The translations under genes were made by a program, and so were the position numbers. Below the pieces are notes generated by a model. That model made no database searches, was not told the DNA's origin, and worked only from the letters and a program-made list of their open reading frames with translations. From Bacteroidota bacterium (GTDB lineage Bacteria; Bacteroidota; Bacteroidia; Bacteroidales; GCA-2711565), in assembly GCA_018816945.1 (NCBI GenBank), contig JAHIVC010000069.1, positions 37,339 through 101,338 on the forward strand: 64,000 nt of DNA. Reading direction: 5' to 3'. Of this stretch, positions 10,681 to 20,470 are shown piece after piece. How positions within the stretch are numbered: position 1 is the first letter of the stretch; the number at the start of each line of letters is the position of its first letter.

Positions 10681-13600
10681 CTATTTATGAAGTTGTTCAT
10701 TAATTTTAAATAGCAACAATTGTTTGTTAATCGGTTTGCTTATATGATCGGAACAACCACAAGCTAAGGCTTTAATTCTGTCAGCTTCGGTAATGTATGC
10801 TGTTTGGGCAATTATGGGTAATTCAGGCTTAAATTCTCTTATCTGTTTTGTGGCTTCGTAACCATCCATCTCAGGCATTTTAAGATCCATCAACACCAAA
10901 TCAATATGCGGGTTAAATTTACATAACTTAACAGCTTCAAGGCCATTTTCAGCCCTGATAATGTTTATTCCAGAATGCGACAACATTTCTTCCAAAACCA
11001 TAAAATTAGAGTCCTGATCTTCAGCGATCAATAATGTTTTAGTGGTATTAAATCCAAAATTCAATCCCTTGATGGAGGGTATTTCAGGTAATTTTTTCGG
11101 ATTTGTATTTTTGTATGGAATGGTAAAATAGAATACTGAACCTTTACCCAATTCGGAAGTTAACCACATTTTACCGCCAAGCATTTCAACATAGGCTTTT
11201 GAGATAGACAGACCCAATCCAGAACCGCCAAAATTTCGTGTAGCGGTGGTTTCAACCTGACGAAATCGATCAAATATTATTTTTTGCATATCCAAATGAA
11301 TACCTATACCTGAATCTTCCACATAAAATTCCAATTGGCTGTCTTTTACCTTATAGCCGTAGTTGATATAACCATGTTGGGTAAATTTAAGGGCATTGCT
11401 TATAAGATTGGTGAGTATTTGCGTTAGTTTGGTTGCATCGGTAATAATAATTGCCTGATCATCGGTTAATCTGGATTTCAAACTAAGCCTAACATTCTTT
11501 TCACTGGCTTTTGAGGAGAATTGCTCTTTTATAAGGTCACATACTAAATTAATGTTAATTTCATTTTTCTGAATTTTTTCCTGCCCGGCCTCAATAGAGG
11601 AAATTCGAATTATATCATCAATAATGGCAAGCAACTGATCGCTGCTTTGAAGGATGATATCGGTAAATTCCTGGCGTTTTTTTGGTTTCAAGTCAGGGTC
11701 GTTAAGAAATCCTGAAAAGCCCATTATGGCATTCAAGGGAGTTCTGATTTCGTGCGAAACATTATTCAGGAAAGCGGTTTTTAGGCGGTCGCTTTCCTCG
11801 GCTCTTTCCTTGGCTTTGATCAATTCGTTTTCTAATTTTTTTCGTTCTGAAATATCGCGGCAACTGCCGTAAATCCATCCATTGGGAAGCTGAACGGTAT
11901 TCAGGTCTGTGTCTACATAGCTCCCGTCTTTCTTCACAAGTTCTATCTCGGAATAGGAACTGCCGGTTATAAACAATTGCTGAAAGATTTGAAAATACTC
12001 TTCCATTCTGTTTTTGGGTGTTATATCGGCAATTGTAAACTTCAGTAATTCTTCCTTTGAATAACCCAATAAATCAACAGCCTGTTTGTTGACGTATATG
12101 TATTTGCCTTCTTTATCGGTAATGAAAATTGCATCAGCGGAGTTCTCGGTAATTGTCTTGAATTTTTCTTCGCTTTCTTTAAGTTTATTTTCAGAATTTT
12201 TTCGTTCGGTTATATCGGTTGCAACACCAATAAGTCCTAATATTTTATTGTCTTTGTCCTTTACAACGGTTGTTGAAAGGTAAACAGGGAATTCGCTCCC
12301 ATTTTTTCTTTTGTTAAATAGCTCACCATGCCATTCACCTCTAATTGTGGCGGGTAGAATTTCACTAACCTGGTTCTGCTCATTTTTAGTAGAATGCACC
12401 AAACTAATTGGTTTCCCAATCAACTCTTTAAGCTTATAGCCATAATTATCTAAAAACGCTTGGTTCACGAAAATGATTTTATCCTCCAGATCGGTAATGC
12501 TTACACATTCATTTATACTCTTCAACGAATGAGCAAGCATTGCGATTTCTTTTTCTGCCTGTTTTTGCCCAGAGATGTCTCTTGCTATACCCAATACGAT
12601 ACTTTGATCCTGTATTTTTATTGGGTACGTGCTGATTTCAACCGTTATTTCTGAACCATTTTTATTATTTATTACAAATTCATCGGGACCGGTAGCCTTG
12701 CCCAATAAATTTTTACCAAGTAGCACAGATGCTTTTGAGAGTTGAATCGGAGAAATGAGTTTTAACTTAAAAAAACTTTTCCCAATCAGCTCAATTTTAC
12801 TATAGCCCAGCATTTTAACTGCTGCAATATTGCCGTCGATAAATGTACCTTTCAGGTCAGTCAGATAATAAGCATCCGGTGCGTAATCAAATAAAATCTT
12901 AAATCTTTCTTCAGAATTTTTCAATTTCTCCTCTGCCTGCTTCCGTTCGGTAATGTCTCGCCCAATTCCCAGAATACCTAGAACTGTTCCGTCTGAATCG
13001 TATAAAGGGGTTTTGATGGTATCCAGAAAGGCGCGATGTCCATTGTTAGCAAAGGTAACCCACTCTTCGTTGCTGGTCGGTTTACCTGCCTCTATAGCTT
13101 TTTGGTCATTTTCGCGAAAAAAGTCGGCCAATTCCCGGTCAACAAAATCATAATCGGTTTTACCAATGATGTCAGCTTCAATTGCTCCAAAAAAACGTTC
13201 GAACATCGGATTGCACGAGAGGAACACTCCATTCGTATCTTTTAGCCAGATTAAATCGGGGATAGTATTCACAAGTGTGCGGAGGTGAGATTCACTCTTT
13301 CGCAGTGCCAACTCCGATTGCCTTCGATTTGTTATATCCTGTGAAATTGTTGCAATAATATTTTTTCCTTCCTCATCCAGAATACGCGACGAATTCCACA
13401 AAACTGTTTTGATATGATTGTCTTTTGTTAAAATGTCTATTTCATCAATATCTTGTTCATCGTCAAGATGATTTTTTAGCAATTCAAGTGTTGCAGCAAT
13501 TTTTTCTTTTGGAAAAAGAAAATCAATTCTTCTACCGATAACTTCAGTTGAATCATAACCGCTCAGTAATTCAAATTTGTGGTTGAAACGTTTTATTATC

Positions 13601-14562
13601 ATGGAAGTGTCCCATATAATAATTGGTGCATGCATAAGCTCCAAAAGAATGTTTAAAGAACCACTTGTTTCCCTTTGTGTTTCTTGTAAGGTATCTTCTT
13701 TGGCTTTTCGTTCAGTAATGTCCTCAATGGCAAGAAGAATAATCTTTTCTTTTCCATATGCCCTTTTTACCTGACGTGCATTTAAAAGCATTACTCTTTT
13801 ACCGATGGCAGAAAAGGTGTGTTCAACCTCGTAATTATCAAAAAAATTTTTTTCAGGAATGATTTCTTCCAGCAATTCTTTCAGTTTTGGAATATCCCAT
13901 TGGTGATTCCCTAATTCATAGATAAGCTTACCAATTGTTTCTTCAGCGCTTACTTTGAAAAATTTATAAAATGAACTGCTGGCTTTTATTACCCTTAAAT
14001 CTTTGTCAATTGCAAGTAATGGTTCACGTACCGTGTCGATTATATTCTCAGTGAATTCATTTAATTCATCTGCGGATGTTTTAATCTTCGCGAGTTCTTT
14101 TCTGGTTTTTTCGAGAACAGCTTCCGTTTCTTTTCTTTCAGTGATATCGCGTATATTGCATTGAATGACCTTAGTATTGTTTACTAAATAAACATTGCTG
14201 ACAAATTCAACATGGATTTTACGTCCATCCGATGCTTCCAATGGTAAATCTTCATAGCGAACATATTCTTTTTGTTTCAATTCCTGGAATTTATCTATAT
14301 TTTCAATAATATCCTGAAAAGCACCAATTTCCCAGATTGATTTTTCAATAAATTCTTTTTTTGAATAGCCCAGCAAATCAATTAAAAACGGGTTAACGTC
14401 AACAATCTTCCCGGTTTTAGCATCAAGAATCAGAATCCCGTCTTTCGCCGATTCAAACAGCCGACGGTAGCGGGTTTCGGAAGCATATAATTCTATCATA
14501 AATATTGATCCCTTTTTTTTGGATTTTTTCTCATGATTATTTGTAACTATTGACTTTCTCAT
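10681..14562 (-). CDS. Multi-PAS hybrid sensor histidine kinase with C-terminal receiver
   Basis: 1293 aa with roughly seven repeated PAS/PAC units (recurrent RDITERK motifs). HisKA H-box SHEIRTPLNAIMGF, HATPase G-boxes (DSGIGI, GGSGLGLSI) and receiver LIAEDQD...DLVLMDLKMPEMDG. Confidence 0.9.
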   Translation of the reverse strand: MRKSIVTNNHEKKSKKKGSIFMIELYASETRYRRLFESAKDGILILDAKTGKIVDVNPFLIDLLGYSKKEFIEKSIWEIGAFQDIIENIDKFQELKQKEYVRYEDLPLEASDGRKIHVEFVSNVYLVNNTKVIQCNIRDITERKETEAVLEKTRKELAKIKTSADELNEFTENIIDTVREPLLAIDKDLRVIKASSSFYKFFKVSAEETIGKLIYELGNHQWDIPKLKELLEEIIPEKNFFDNYEVEHTFSAIGKRVMLLNARQVKRAYGKEKIILLAIEDITERKAKEDTLQETQRETSGSLNILLELMHAPIIIWDTSMIIKRFNHKFELLSGYDSTEVIGRRIDFLFPKEKIAATLELLKNHLDDEQDIDEIDILTKDNHIKTVLWNSSRILDEEGKNIIATISQDITNRRQSELALRKSESHLRTLVNTIPDLIWLKDTNGVFLSCNPMFERFFGAIEADIIGKTDYDFVDRELADFFRENDQKAIEAGKPTSNEEWVTFANNGHRAFLDTIKTPLYDSDGTVLGILGIGRDITERKQAEEKLKNSEERFKILFDYAPDAYYLTDLKGTFIDGNIAAVKMLGYSKIELIGKSFFKLKLISPIQLSKASVLLGKNLLGKATGPDEFVINNKNGSEITVEISTYPIKIQDQSIVLGIARDISGQKQAEKEIAMLAHSLKSINECVSITDLEDKIIFVNQAFLDNYGYKLKELIGKPISLVHSTKNEQNQVSEILPATIRGEWHGELFNKRKNGSEFPVYLSTTVVKDKDNKILGLIGVATDITERKNSENKLKESEEKFKTITENSADAIFITDKEGKYIYVNKQAVDLLGYSKEELLKFTIADITPKNRMEEYFQIFQQLFITGSSYSEIELVKKDGSYVDTDLNTVQLPNGWIYGSCRDISERKKLENELIKAKERAEESDRLKTAFLNNVSHEIRTPLNAIMGFSGFLNDPDLKPKKRQEFTDIILQSSDQLLAIIDDIIRISSIEAGQEKIQKNEININLVCDLIKEQFSSKASEKNVRLSLKSRLTDDQAIIITDATKLTQILTNLISNALKFTQHGYINYGYKVKDSQLEFYVEDSGIGIHLDMQKIIFDRFRQVETTATRNFGGSGLGLSISKAYVEMLGGKMWLTSELGKGSVFYFTIPYKNTNPKKLPEIPSIKGLNFGFNTTKTLLIAEDQDSNFMVLEEMLSHSGINIIRAENGLEAVKLCKFNPHIDLVLMDLKMPEMDGYEATKQIREFKPELPIIAQTAYITEADRIKALACGCSDHISKPINKQLLLFKINEQLHK

Positions 14563-14737
14563 GATATATAATTGTTAATGCAGCACCAATATGATCAGCA
14601 CTGCAATCTTCTAAAATAACCTTAGTTCACATTTGATCTCATATTCCCTGGCATATTATATTGACAAATACGGCACACAGTCAATGAATCCCAGTTCAGG
14701 TCATTTTTTAATAATTAATTACAAGACATTGAACCCA

Positions 14738-14923
14738 TTAAATATTTATGTTCTGCAAACTGTCCAGAAATCCAAATACTTTCAGCAGCCAAATCACAAG
14801 GATGATTACAACAACTGCATTAAGAATTCCCTTAATTGTGCGTTGCATGGGAATGAAGCTATTGATCAGCCAAAGTATCACCCCAACAACTAAAATGACG
14901 ATAATGATTGTTAATAATGGCAT
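14738..14923 (-). CDS. Small two-TM membrane protein (hypothetical)
   Basis: 61 aa, two hydrophobic helices, and the only coherent ORF in this gap. Overlapping plus-strand ORFs look spurious. Confidence 0.4.
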   Translation of the reverse strand: MPLLTIIIVILVVGVILWLINSFIPMQRTIKGILNAVVVIILVIWLLKVFGFLDSLQNINI

Positions 14924-15110
14924 AATAATAAATTTAAATTGTTACTAAATCGTACTTCACAAAGTTCAGGATCATTCCTTTAAAAAACATTACACAATTC
15001 TGCATAAGAGTTACATTATTCACACAATTTTATGTTTATTCAATTCCGAGAATTAATTGTTTACCATTATCCTCAAATAAGCCATTTTTGAAGGAAATTG
15101 GCATTGAGGA

Positions 15111-15214
15111 TTAGAATTCCGTCTTTCGCCGATTAAAATAAGCGGCGAAAGACGGAATTCAGAAGCATATTATTCTTCTATTAAGATTGATCCCTTTTTT
15201 GAATTTTTTGCCAT
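15111..15214 (-). pseudogene. Decayed duplicate of the 5' end of the PAS kinase gene, containing an 18-bp perfect inverted repeat
   Basis: 15111-15214 aligns by eye with 14431-14535, the start of the kinase gene. Shared strings are ccgtctttcgccgatt, gaagcatat, attgatccctttttt and ttttt..catga. The minus-strand reading MAKNSKKGSILIEE* stops after 14 codons. Confidence 0.55.
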
Positions 15215-15232
15215 GACATTCTGTTTTGCGAC

Positions 15233-16084
15233 TTATTTTTTGGCAAATTTTATCAACTCTGAATTAAACTTGTCGGTTTCCTCCAAAAACATGCTGTGAC
15301 CGCTTTTTTCAAAGGCAACAATGTGTGAATTTTTGATACCGGCTTTCATCTGTTCAGCTAAATCAAAAGAACATATTTTATCTTTTTTGCCATGCATGAT
15401 CAAAGTTGGAATGTTAATTTTCTTCATATCATTTCGTAGGTCGGTATCACGTAAAGCAATTAAACATTGGGCAGTTGCATAAGAAGATGCACTGAGATTA
15501 ATGTTATTTAACCAACTACGTATTCCTTCATTTAATGAAGTTTCGGTTGCAGAGAAAATCTTACCAAAATTGGCCAATAACTGTGGCCTGTCCTTATCGT
15601 TCAATGCAATTAATTCATCAACTGCACTTTTAGGGAGGTTGAATTTGAAATCGTTGCGTTGTGTCCAAATCGGGGCTGCTGCTCCCGCCAATACCAACCT
15701 GGAAACATGAGCTCCATCGTCCACTGAAGCATACCGGATCGCAATAGCACCACCCATCGAAAAACCTACCAAAACAGCGTTTTTTACATCCAGTTTACAT
15801 AAAACCTCTTTAATATCCGAAGCATGTACGTCGTAACCATATTCTCCGTAGGGTTTATCTGATTTGCCGAAACCCCGTAAGGTAATACCTATCGCCCTGA
15901 AGTTATTTTTTATCAAAGTATTGTATTGGTATTCATACATTTCGTCACTTAAGGGCCAACCGTGTATCAAAACAATTGGTCTGCCTTCACCTGCATCTGT
16001 AATATGAAGGCGAACATTAGGTTTAACTTCAATGTATTCTGCTCTGGCCTTACCGGAAATTAAATTTTCAGTTAATTTTTCCAT
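15233..16084 (-). CDS. Alpha/beta hydrolase (non-heme haloperoxidase/esterase-like)
   Basis: 283 aa with HGWPLS, the nucleophile elbow GFSMGG and a C-terminal GH catalytic histidine context. Confidence 0.8.
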   Translation of the reverse strand: MEKLTENLISGKARAEYIEVKPNVRLHITDAGEGRPIVLIHGWPLSDEMYEYQYNTLIKNNFRAIGITLRGFGKSDKPYGEYGYDVHASDIKEVLCKLDVKNAVLVGFSMGGAIAIRYASVDDGAHVSRLVLAGAAAPIWTQRNDFKFNLPKSAVDELIALNDKDRPQLLANFGKIFSATETSLNEGIRSWLNNINLSASSYATAQCLIALRDTDLRNDMKKINIPTLIMHGKKDKICSFDLAEQMKAGIKNSHIVAFEKSGHSMFLEETDKFNSELIKFAKK

Positions 16085-16111
16085 TATGTTGAATATTAAA
16101 TTATTTTGATA

Positions 16112-17599
16112 TTACTTTAAATGATTCAATTTCTTATCGTCAATAGTAACTCCCAATCCTTTTGCTACGGCCATTCCTAACTGACGATCGGCACGAAAGA
16201 AATGAGACAGTTGTCTGTTGATAATTTCATCTTTCTTTTTTCCGGAAATGCCTTTCATTGAACCTACAATATTGCCGACAAGATTTTCCTTGTTCTTTTC
16301 GCACATAACCTTGCTGTACAACAAGCCCGGCTGTGTGAAATGATCATCATCGTTTTCGTTACGGTCAAACCAATCGGCAACAGTCGATTCCATCTGCATA
16401 GGCGGTTCTTTATAACTTTCGTCAACAACAATATCATCAAAACTATTGGGGCGATAATTCGGATTGGCACCTCCATTATCTCCAACCTGCATAAGTCCGT
16501 CACGTTGGTAATTTGAATGTCCGTAAGGACATTGGTTTACAGGAATCTGCTCATAGTTCACCCCTAAGCGATAACGCTGTGCATCGGGATAAGAAAGCAA
16601 TCGTCCTTGCAGCAGTTTATCGGGTGAATAACCAATGCCGTCAACAACATGGGCCGGGTCAAATGCAGCTTGTTCTACATCACGAAAATAATTTTCCGGA
16701 ATTTTATTCAATTCCATGATACCCACGTCAATCAATGGAAATTCTTTGTGGAACCATACTTTTGTGATATCAAACGGATTCCATTTAAACGTTTTAGCCT
16801 GTTCGTCGGTCATTACCTGAATTTTTAATGCCCATTTCGGAAAATCATTTTTGGCAATGGCTTCCACCATATCCCGTTGTGCCTGATCAAGGTCAATTCC
16901 TTTCATTTCATCGGCTTCTTTTGCAGTGAAATTTTTCACCCCCTGTAAGGTTACAAAATGAAATTTTACCCAAATCCGCTCATTGTTTTTGTTGAAAAGA
17001 GAAAAGGTATGGCTACCAAAACCATGCATGTGCCGATAGGAAAACGGAGTTCCTCTGTCGCTCATCAGGATGATTACCTGATGCAAACTTTCGGGATTCA
17101 AACTAAAATAATCCCACATCATGGTAGGGCTCTTACAATTTGTCTTGGGATCCCGCTTTTGCGTGTGTATGAAGTGAGAGAATTTTTTCGGGTCCTTTAT
17201 AAAAAATACCGGTGTATTATTGCCCGCTAAATCCCAGTTGCCGTCTTCGGTATAAAACTTCACCGCAAAACCACGAGGGTCACGTTCACTGTCAGCACCA
17301 CCTTTTTCACCACCAACAATTGAAAAGCGGACAAATAATTTTGTTTGCTTGCCTATTTTTGAAAATATTTTCGCCTTAGTGTATCGGGTGATGTCATGGG
17401 TTACGATAAAGGTGCCGAATGCACCTGTCCCTTTTGCGTGAACTACTCTTTCAGGAATACGTTCCCGATTGAAATGCGCCATATCTTCGTGAAGAAAATA
17501 ATCCTGTAACAAAATGGGTCCGCGGTTGCCAACAGACTGCGAATTATCAAACTCAGTGTAAGGCCTGCCGCTTGCTGTTGATAATTTTTTCTTTTCCAT
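16112..17599 (-). CDS. Monofunctional heme catalase
   Basis: 495 aa with FNRERIPERVVHAKGTGAFG, RFSIVGGEKGGADSERDPRGFAVKFY and RLLSYPDAQRYRLG, all classic catalase signatures. Confidence 0.95.
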   Translation of the reverse strand: MEKKKLSTASGRPYTEFDNSQSVGNRGPILLQDYFLHEDMAHFNRERIPERVVHAKGTGAFGTFIVTHDITRYTKAKIFSKIGKQTKLFVRFSIVGGEKGGADSERDPRGFAVKFYTEDGNWDLAGNNTPVFFIKDPKKFSHFIHTQKRDPKTNCKSPTMMWDYFSLNPESLHQVIILMSDRGTPFSYRHMHGFGSHTFSLFNKNNERIWVKFHFVTLQGVKNFTAKEADEMKGIDLDQAQRDMVEAIAKNDFPKWALKIQVMTDEQAKTFKWNPFDITKVWFHKEFPLIDVGIMELNKIPENYFRDVEQAAFDPAHVVDGIGYSPDKLLQGRLLSYPDAQRYRLGVNYEQIPVNQCPYGHSNYQRDGLMQVGDNGGANPNYRPNSFDDIVVDESYKEPPMQMESTVADWFDRNENDDDHFTQPGLLYSKVMCEKNKENLVGNIVGSMKGISGKKKDEIINRQLSHFFRADRQLGMAVAKGLGVTIDDKKLNHLK

Positions 17600-17600
17600 T

Positions 17601-17915
17601 TTAATAATTTTTTAAACGTCCGGTTATTTTTTCCAAAGAAGTTTTCAATTTGTCTATTGCGCCAAAAATAGCCTGCTCATGGGTGTTTGCATGGTCGGTA
17701 ACTGCGATTGGTTTCATACCTGCAAGTCGGGCTTCCATCATGCAGCGTTTATCGTTTAACCCGTCTTTATTGCCATCCTCATCCGAGAGATGAACTTCTA
17801 CCCTTGTTATGTGTTGACTGAACCTGCTTAGTTCTTCCGATATTAAGGAATTTGACGAAGCAATAAGTTCTTCATTCCCGGTTACATTTTTATCTGTATT
17901 AAATTGTATTTTCAT
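17601..17915 (-). CDS. HPF/RaiA-family (S30AE-like) ribosome-associated protein, short form
   Basis: 104 aa. The pattern 'I.F..D.....EL........I...L.RF...I.RVEVHL.D..G' and the gene size fit the sigma54-modulation/HPF family. The stop lies 1 nt from the catalase start. Confidence 0.55.
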   Translation of the reverse strand: MKIQFNTDKNVTGNEELIASSNSLISEELSRFSQHITRVEVHLSDEDGNKDGLNDKRCMMEARLAGMKPIAVTDHANTHEQAIFGAIDKLKTSLEKITGRLKNY

Positions 17916-17929
17916 TTCTTTTCATTTAA

Positions 17930-19084
17930 TTAATAACGAAATATTGCTGCCAGCCCTGTCTCAGAAGGCATTTTTTCGGGTGGAAGTACCATTACTTGCC
18001 CCCCCATCTTTATTACAAGTTCTCCCATATCATCAAGCAGATCATCTACTTTAGGATTTTTCATATCTTTTTTCTGTGTATTTCCTGTCACCAGATTTGT
18101 TACCCTGACAGCAATAATCCGGTCGGCTTCAACAATTAGTGTATCAACCCGTCCCTCAACTGCCGCCACAGCAACTTCCTTGTAGTTATCACTACCTTTG
18201 CCATTTGCTCTAGCCTGCTCAAACCGCTCGACCAGGGTGTCAAGTTTCAGGCTATACTCCGGTTCCATTATTTCCCAGGCCATTTTTGCAAGTTTATCCG
18301 GTGAAACTGATGAAGGATTTATTGCAATTCCTTTGGATAACAACAAAGGATTTTTATTTACCTTTTGAAAAAGGTTATGGTGTTCGGGTAAAGCAGCAAG
18401 AATAAGTGGCCAGCCTGAAGGTTTCGAATGATGTTCGTAAATAGCGCTCGCAGCCACACGAAAAAATCTTTCAGCGTCTTTTTCAGTTTCTTCTTTTTTG
18501 CCACCTTGACCGTGGTGCATTGGCGTACTTTCACCTCCGATGCCGCCATACGATTCAACTGTCGAATGTTTTTCGGTCAATTCACCACCAAGTGCTTCTG
18601 TTATGGTTTTTGGAGTATCCGAAGTGAGTTCAACTTCAGTAAGTGAGTGACGGTTACCTTCAAAAAGACGAATATCATGAAGGGTTAAACCCAAAACGTG
18701 GAAATGATCAAGCGATTGCAAATATTGCCGGAGCGGTTTGGTATGGAAGCTATCGGCCACAATTGCCAATTCTTCAACCGATTTATGCAATCCTATAACT
18801 TTAAACATTCCTTTTGCACTAAAAACAGCCAGTCCATCTTTAGTATAATTCCAAATATTATTGTCGTTAACAAGAGATTCCAAAGGCTCCAGGTATCTCT
18901 CTACCTCATTGACTGAATACTTTTGGAGCAACGATTCCTCCATTTGACTGACCAGGTTTTTAAACCTGATAGGATTCTTAAGGTTTTCAGGATGGGTTTT
19001 GTCCGTTGACATATATAGCGAAAGACAGGGCGACCGATCTACTGAAAGGAGCTCCTGAATCAATTCTTTTGTAAGCAATTCCAT
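17930..19084 (-). CDS. baeRF-like (bacterial eRF1-related) domain protein
   Basis: 384 aa. N-terminal SPCLSLYMSTDKTHPENLKNPIRFKNL and C-terminal GLAAIFRY resemble baeRF-family proteins as I remember them. No HMM confirmation. Confidence 0.45.
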   Translation of the reverse strand: MELLTKELIQELLSVDRSPCLSLYMSTDKTHPENLKNPIRFKNLVSQMEESLLQKYSVNEVERYLEPLESLVNDNNIWNYTKDGLAVFSAKGMFKVIGLHKSVEELAIVADSFHTKPLRQYLQSLDHFHVLGLTLHDIRLFEGNRHSLTEVELTSDTPKTITEALGGELTEKHSTVESYGGIGGESTPMHHGQGGKKEETEKDAERFFRVAASAIYEHHSKPSGWPLILAALPEHHNLFQKVNKNPLLLSKGIAINPSSVSPDKLAKMAWEIMEPEYSLKLDTLVERFEQARANGKGSDNYKEVAVAAVEGRVDTLIVEADRIIAVRVTNLVTGNTQKKDMKNPKVDDLLDDMGELVIKMGGQVMVLPPEKMPSETGLAAIFRY

Positions 19085-19092
19085 AGTTTATA

Positions 19093-19905
19093 TTATTTTT
19101 TTAAAAATTTCTTTAATTGTTCATTGAATTGGTTCGGATTTTCCATATTGCTTAAATGCCCGGCATGTTCAATAATATGAATGGTGGAACCTTTTATTTT
19201 TTCATGCATCGACAAGGCTATATCAGGAGGCGTAATTTCATCTTCTTTTCCCACCATAATAAGTGCCGGCACCTTTATTTGATGCAGTTTAGAGCAGGTT
19301 TCTTTACGTTCCGCTAAAGCATACAAGGTTTTGTAGAGTGATTGTTTTGATGTTTTCATGATCATTTCCCTCACAATAGCTATTTCTTCTATATGTTTTG
19401 AAAATGATATTGGAGCAAAAAGTTTTTTCAGACTTTCTTCCGTATATTGTTCCAATCCTTGTTCCTTGATACTTTCAATGGCCTTCATCCGTTTTTCTTT
19501 TGCTTCGGGCTTATCTTCTGTGCAATTTGTATCACATAAAAGAAGCGCAATAAAACGCTCGGGATGGTTTTCAATGGCGTTTAACGCAATGTATCCGCCC
19601 ATGGAAAAGCCACAGAGTATGGTTTTATCAATCTTCAGGGCATCCATCAAACTGAGCAGATCAATTACAAAAAGCTCAATAGAGAAATCCTCATCACCTG
19701 CATCGGAATTTCCATGCCCACGAATGTCATAGGTAATTACACGGTAATTTTCCTTTAATTCTCCGACCTGCTTGTTCCACATCGCTTTATTCAGTGGAAA
19801 GCCATGAATAAAAATAATAACAGGGTTATTGTCCGATCCTTCGTCTGTGTAGCTGACAATGATATTGTTTGCTATAATTTTCATATTTTTACCCGAGCTA
19901 CGCAT
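19093..19905 (-). CDS. Alpha/beta hydrolase
   Basis: 270 aa with HGFPLN, the nucleophile elbow GFSMGG and a C-terminal HAGHLSN. Confidence 0.8.
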   Translation of the reverse strand: MRSSGKNMKIIANNIIVSYTDEGSDNNPVIIFIHGFPLNKAMWNKQVGELKENYRVITYDIRGHGNSDAGDEDFSIELFVIDLLSLMDALKIDKTILCGFSMGGYIALNAIENHPERFIALLLCDTNCTEDKPEAKEKRMKAIESIKEQGLEQYTEESLKKLFAPISFSKHIEEIAIVREMIMKTSKQSLYKTLYALAERKETCSKLHQIKVPALIMVGKEDEITPPDIALSMHEKIKGSTIHIIEHAGHLSNMENPNQFNEQLKKFLKK

Positions 19906-19922
19906 ACGCTTTTTGCTTTCAT

Positions 19923-20450
19923 TTATTCCACATCTCTCTTATGAAATGAATTTCTGAACTCTTCGCGGTCGTAAAATCCATCAACAGTATTCGAACTATG
20001 AATAGTGTGATCTCCCCTGTAATGGCGAATTACATTTAATTCGTACCCAAAATCAATAACATCTCCTTTTTTGAACCGTTTGGTTTTAGCAAAAGTTGAA
20101 CCATCAATCTGCTTGGTATTCACTAATTTATTTTTCTTATCAATAACTGCCATGCCGATGGGAATAATCAGGTGATTTTCCCCATCCTTGTTTAAAAACT
20201 CGTGTACACCGTCGCTTACGCGATCTTGATACGTGTTAAATCCCTCTTCTATTAATGTTTCATCAACTTCAACATCGAGATAAACCACACGTTCGGCGAT
20301 CTTATTTACAAGTAAATGATCCACTTTTCCAATGGTGCGGTTATTTGCATCTTGTACATCCCAGCCTCTTACATCACTATAATTTTCGGCCACTTTATAA
20401 CCGGATAATTCGGCCAGGTTAAAAAGATTTTTGTTTGTATCTGTCATCAT
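19923..20450 (-). CDS. PRC-barrel domain protein
   Basis: 175 aa. VRGWDVQDANNRTIGKVDHLLVN...VVYLDVEV is typical of PRC-barrel stress proteins. Confidence 0.6.
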   Translation of the reverse strand: MMTDTNKNLFNLAELSGYKVAENYSDVRGWDVQDANNRTIGKVDHLLVNKIAERVVYLDVEVDETLIEEGFNTYQDRVSDGVHEFLNKDGENHLIIPIGMAVIDKKNKLVNTKQIDGSTFAKTKRFKKGDVIDFGYELNVIRHYRGDHTIHSSNTVDGFYDREEFRNSFHKRDVE

Positions 20451-20470
20451 TCTAATTTTTTAAAGATTAT

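Noticed and set aside
10681-14562. Multiple 60-72-aa plus-strand ORFs inside the PAS kinase gene. The same pattern occurs inside catalase, hydB, hydA, the protease, gldM and others.
   Set aside because: They are antisense ORFs nested in long, motif-rich genes, with no independent signals. This is typical of AT-rich genomes.
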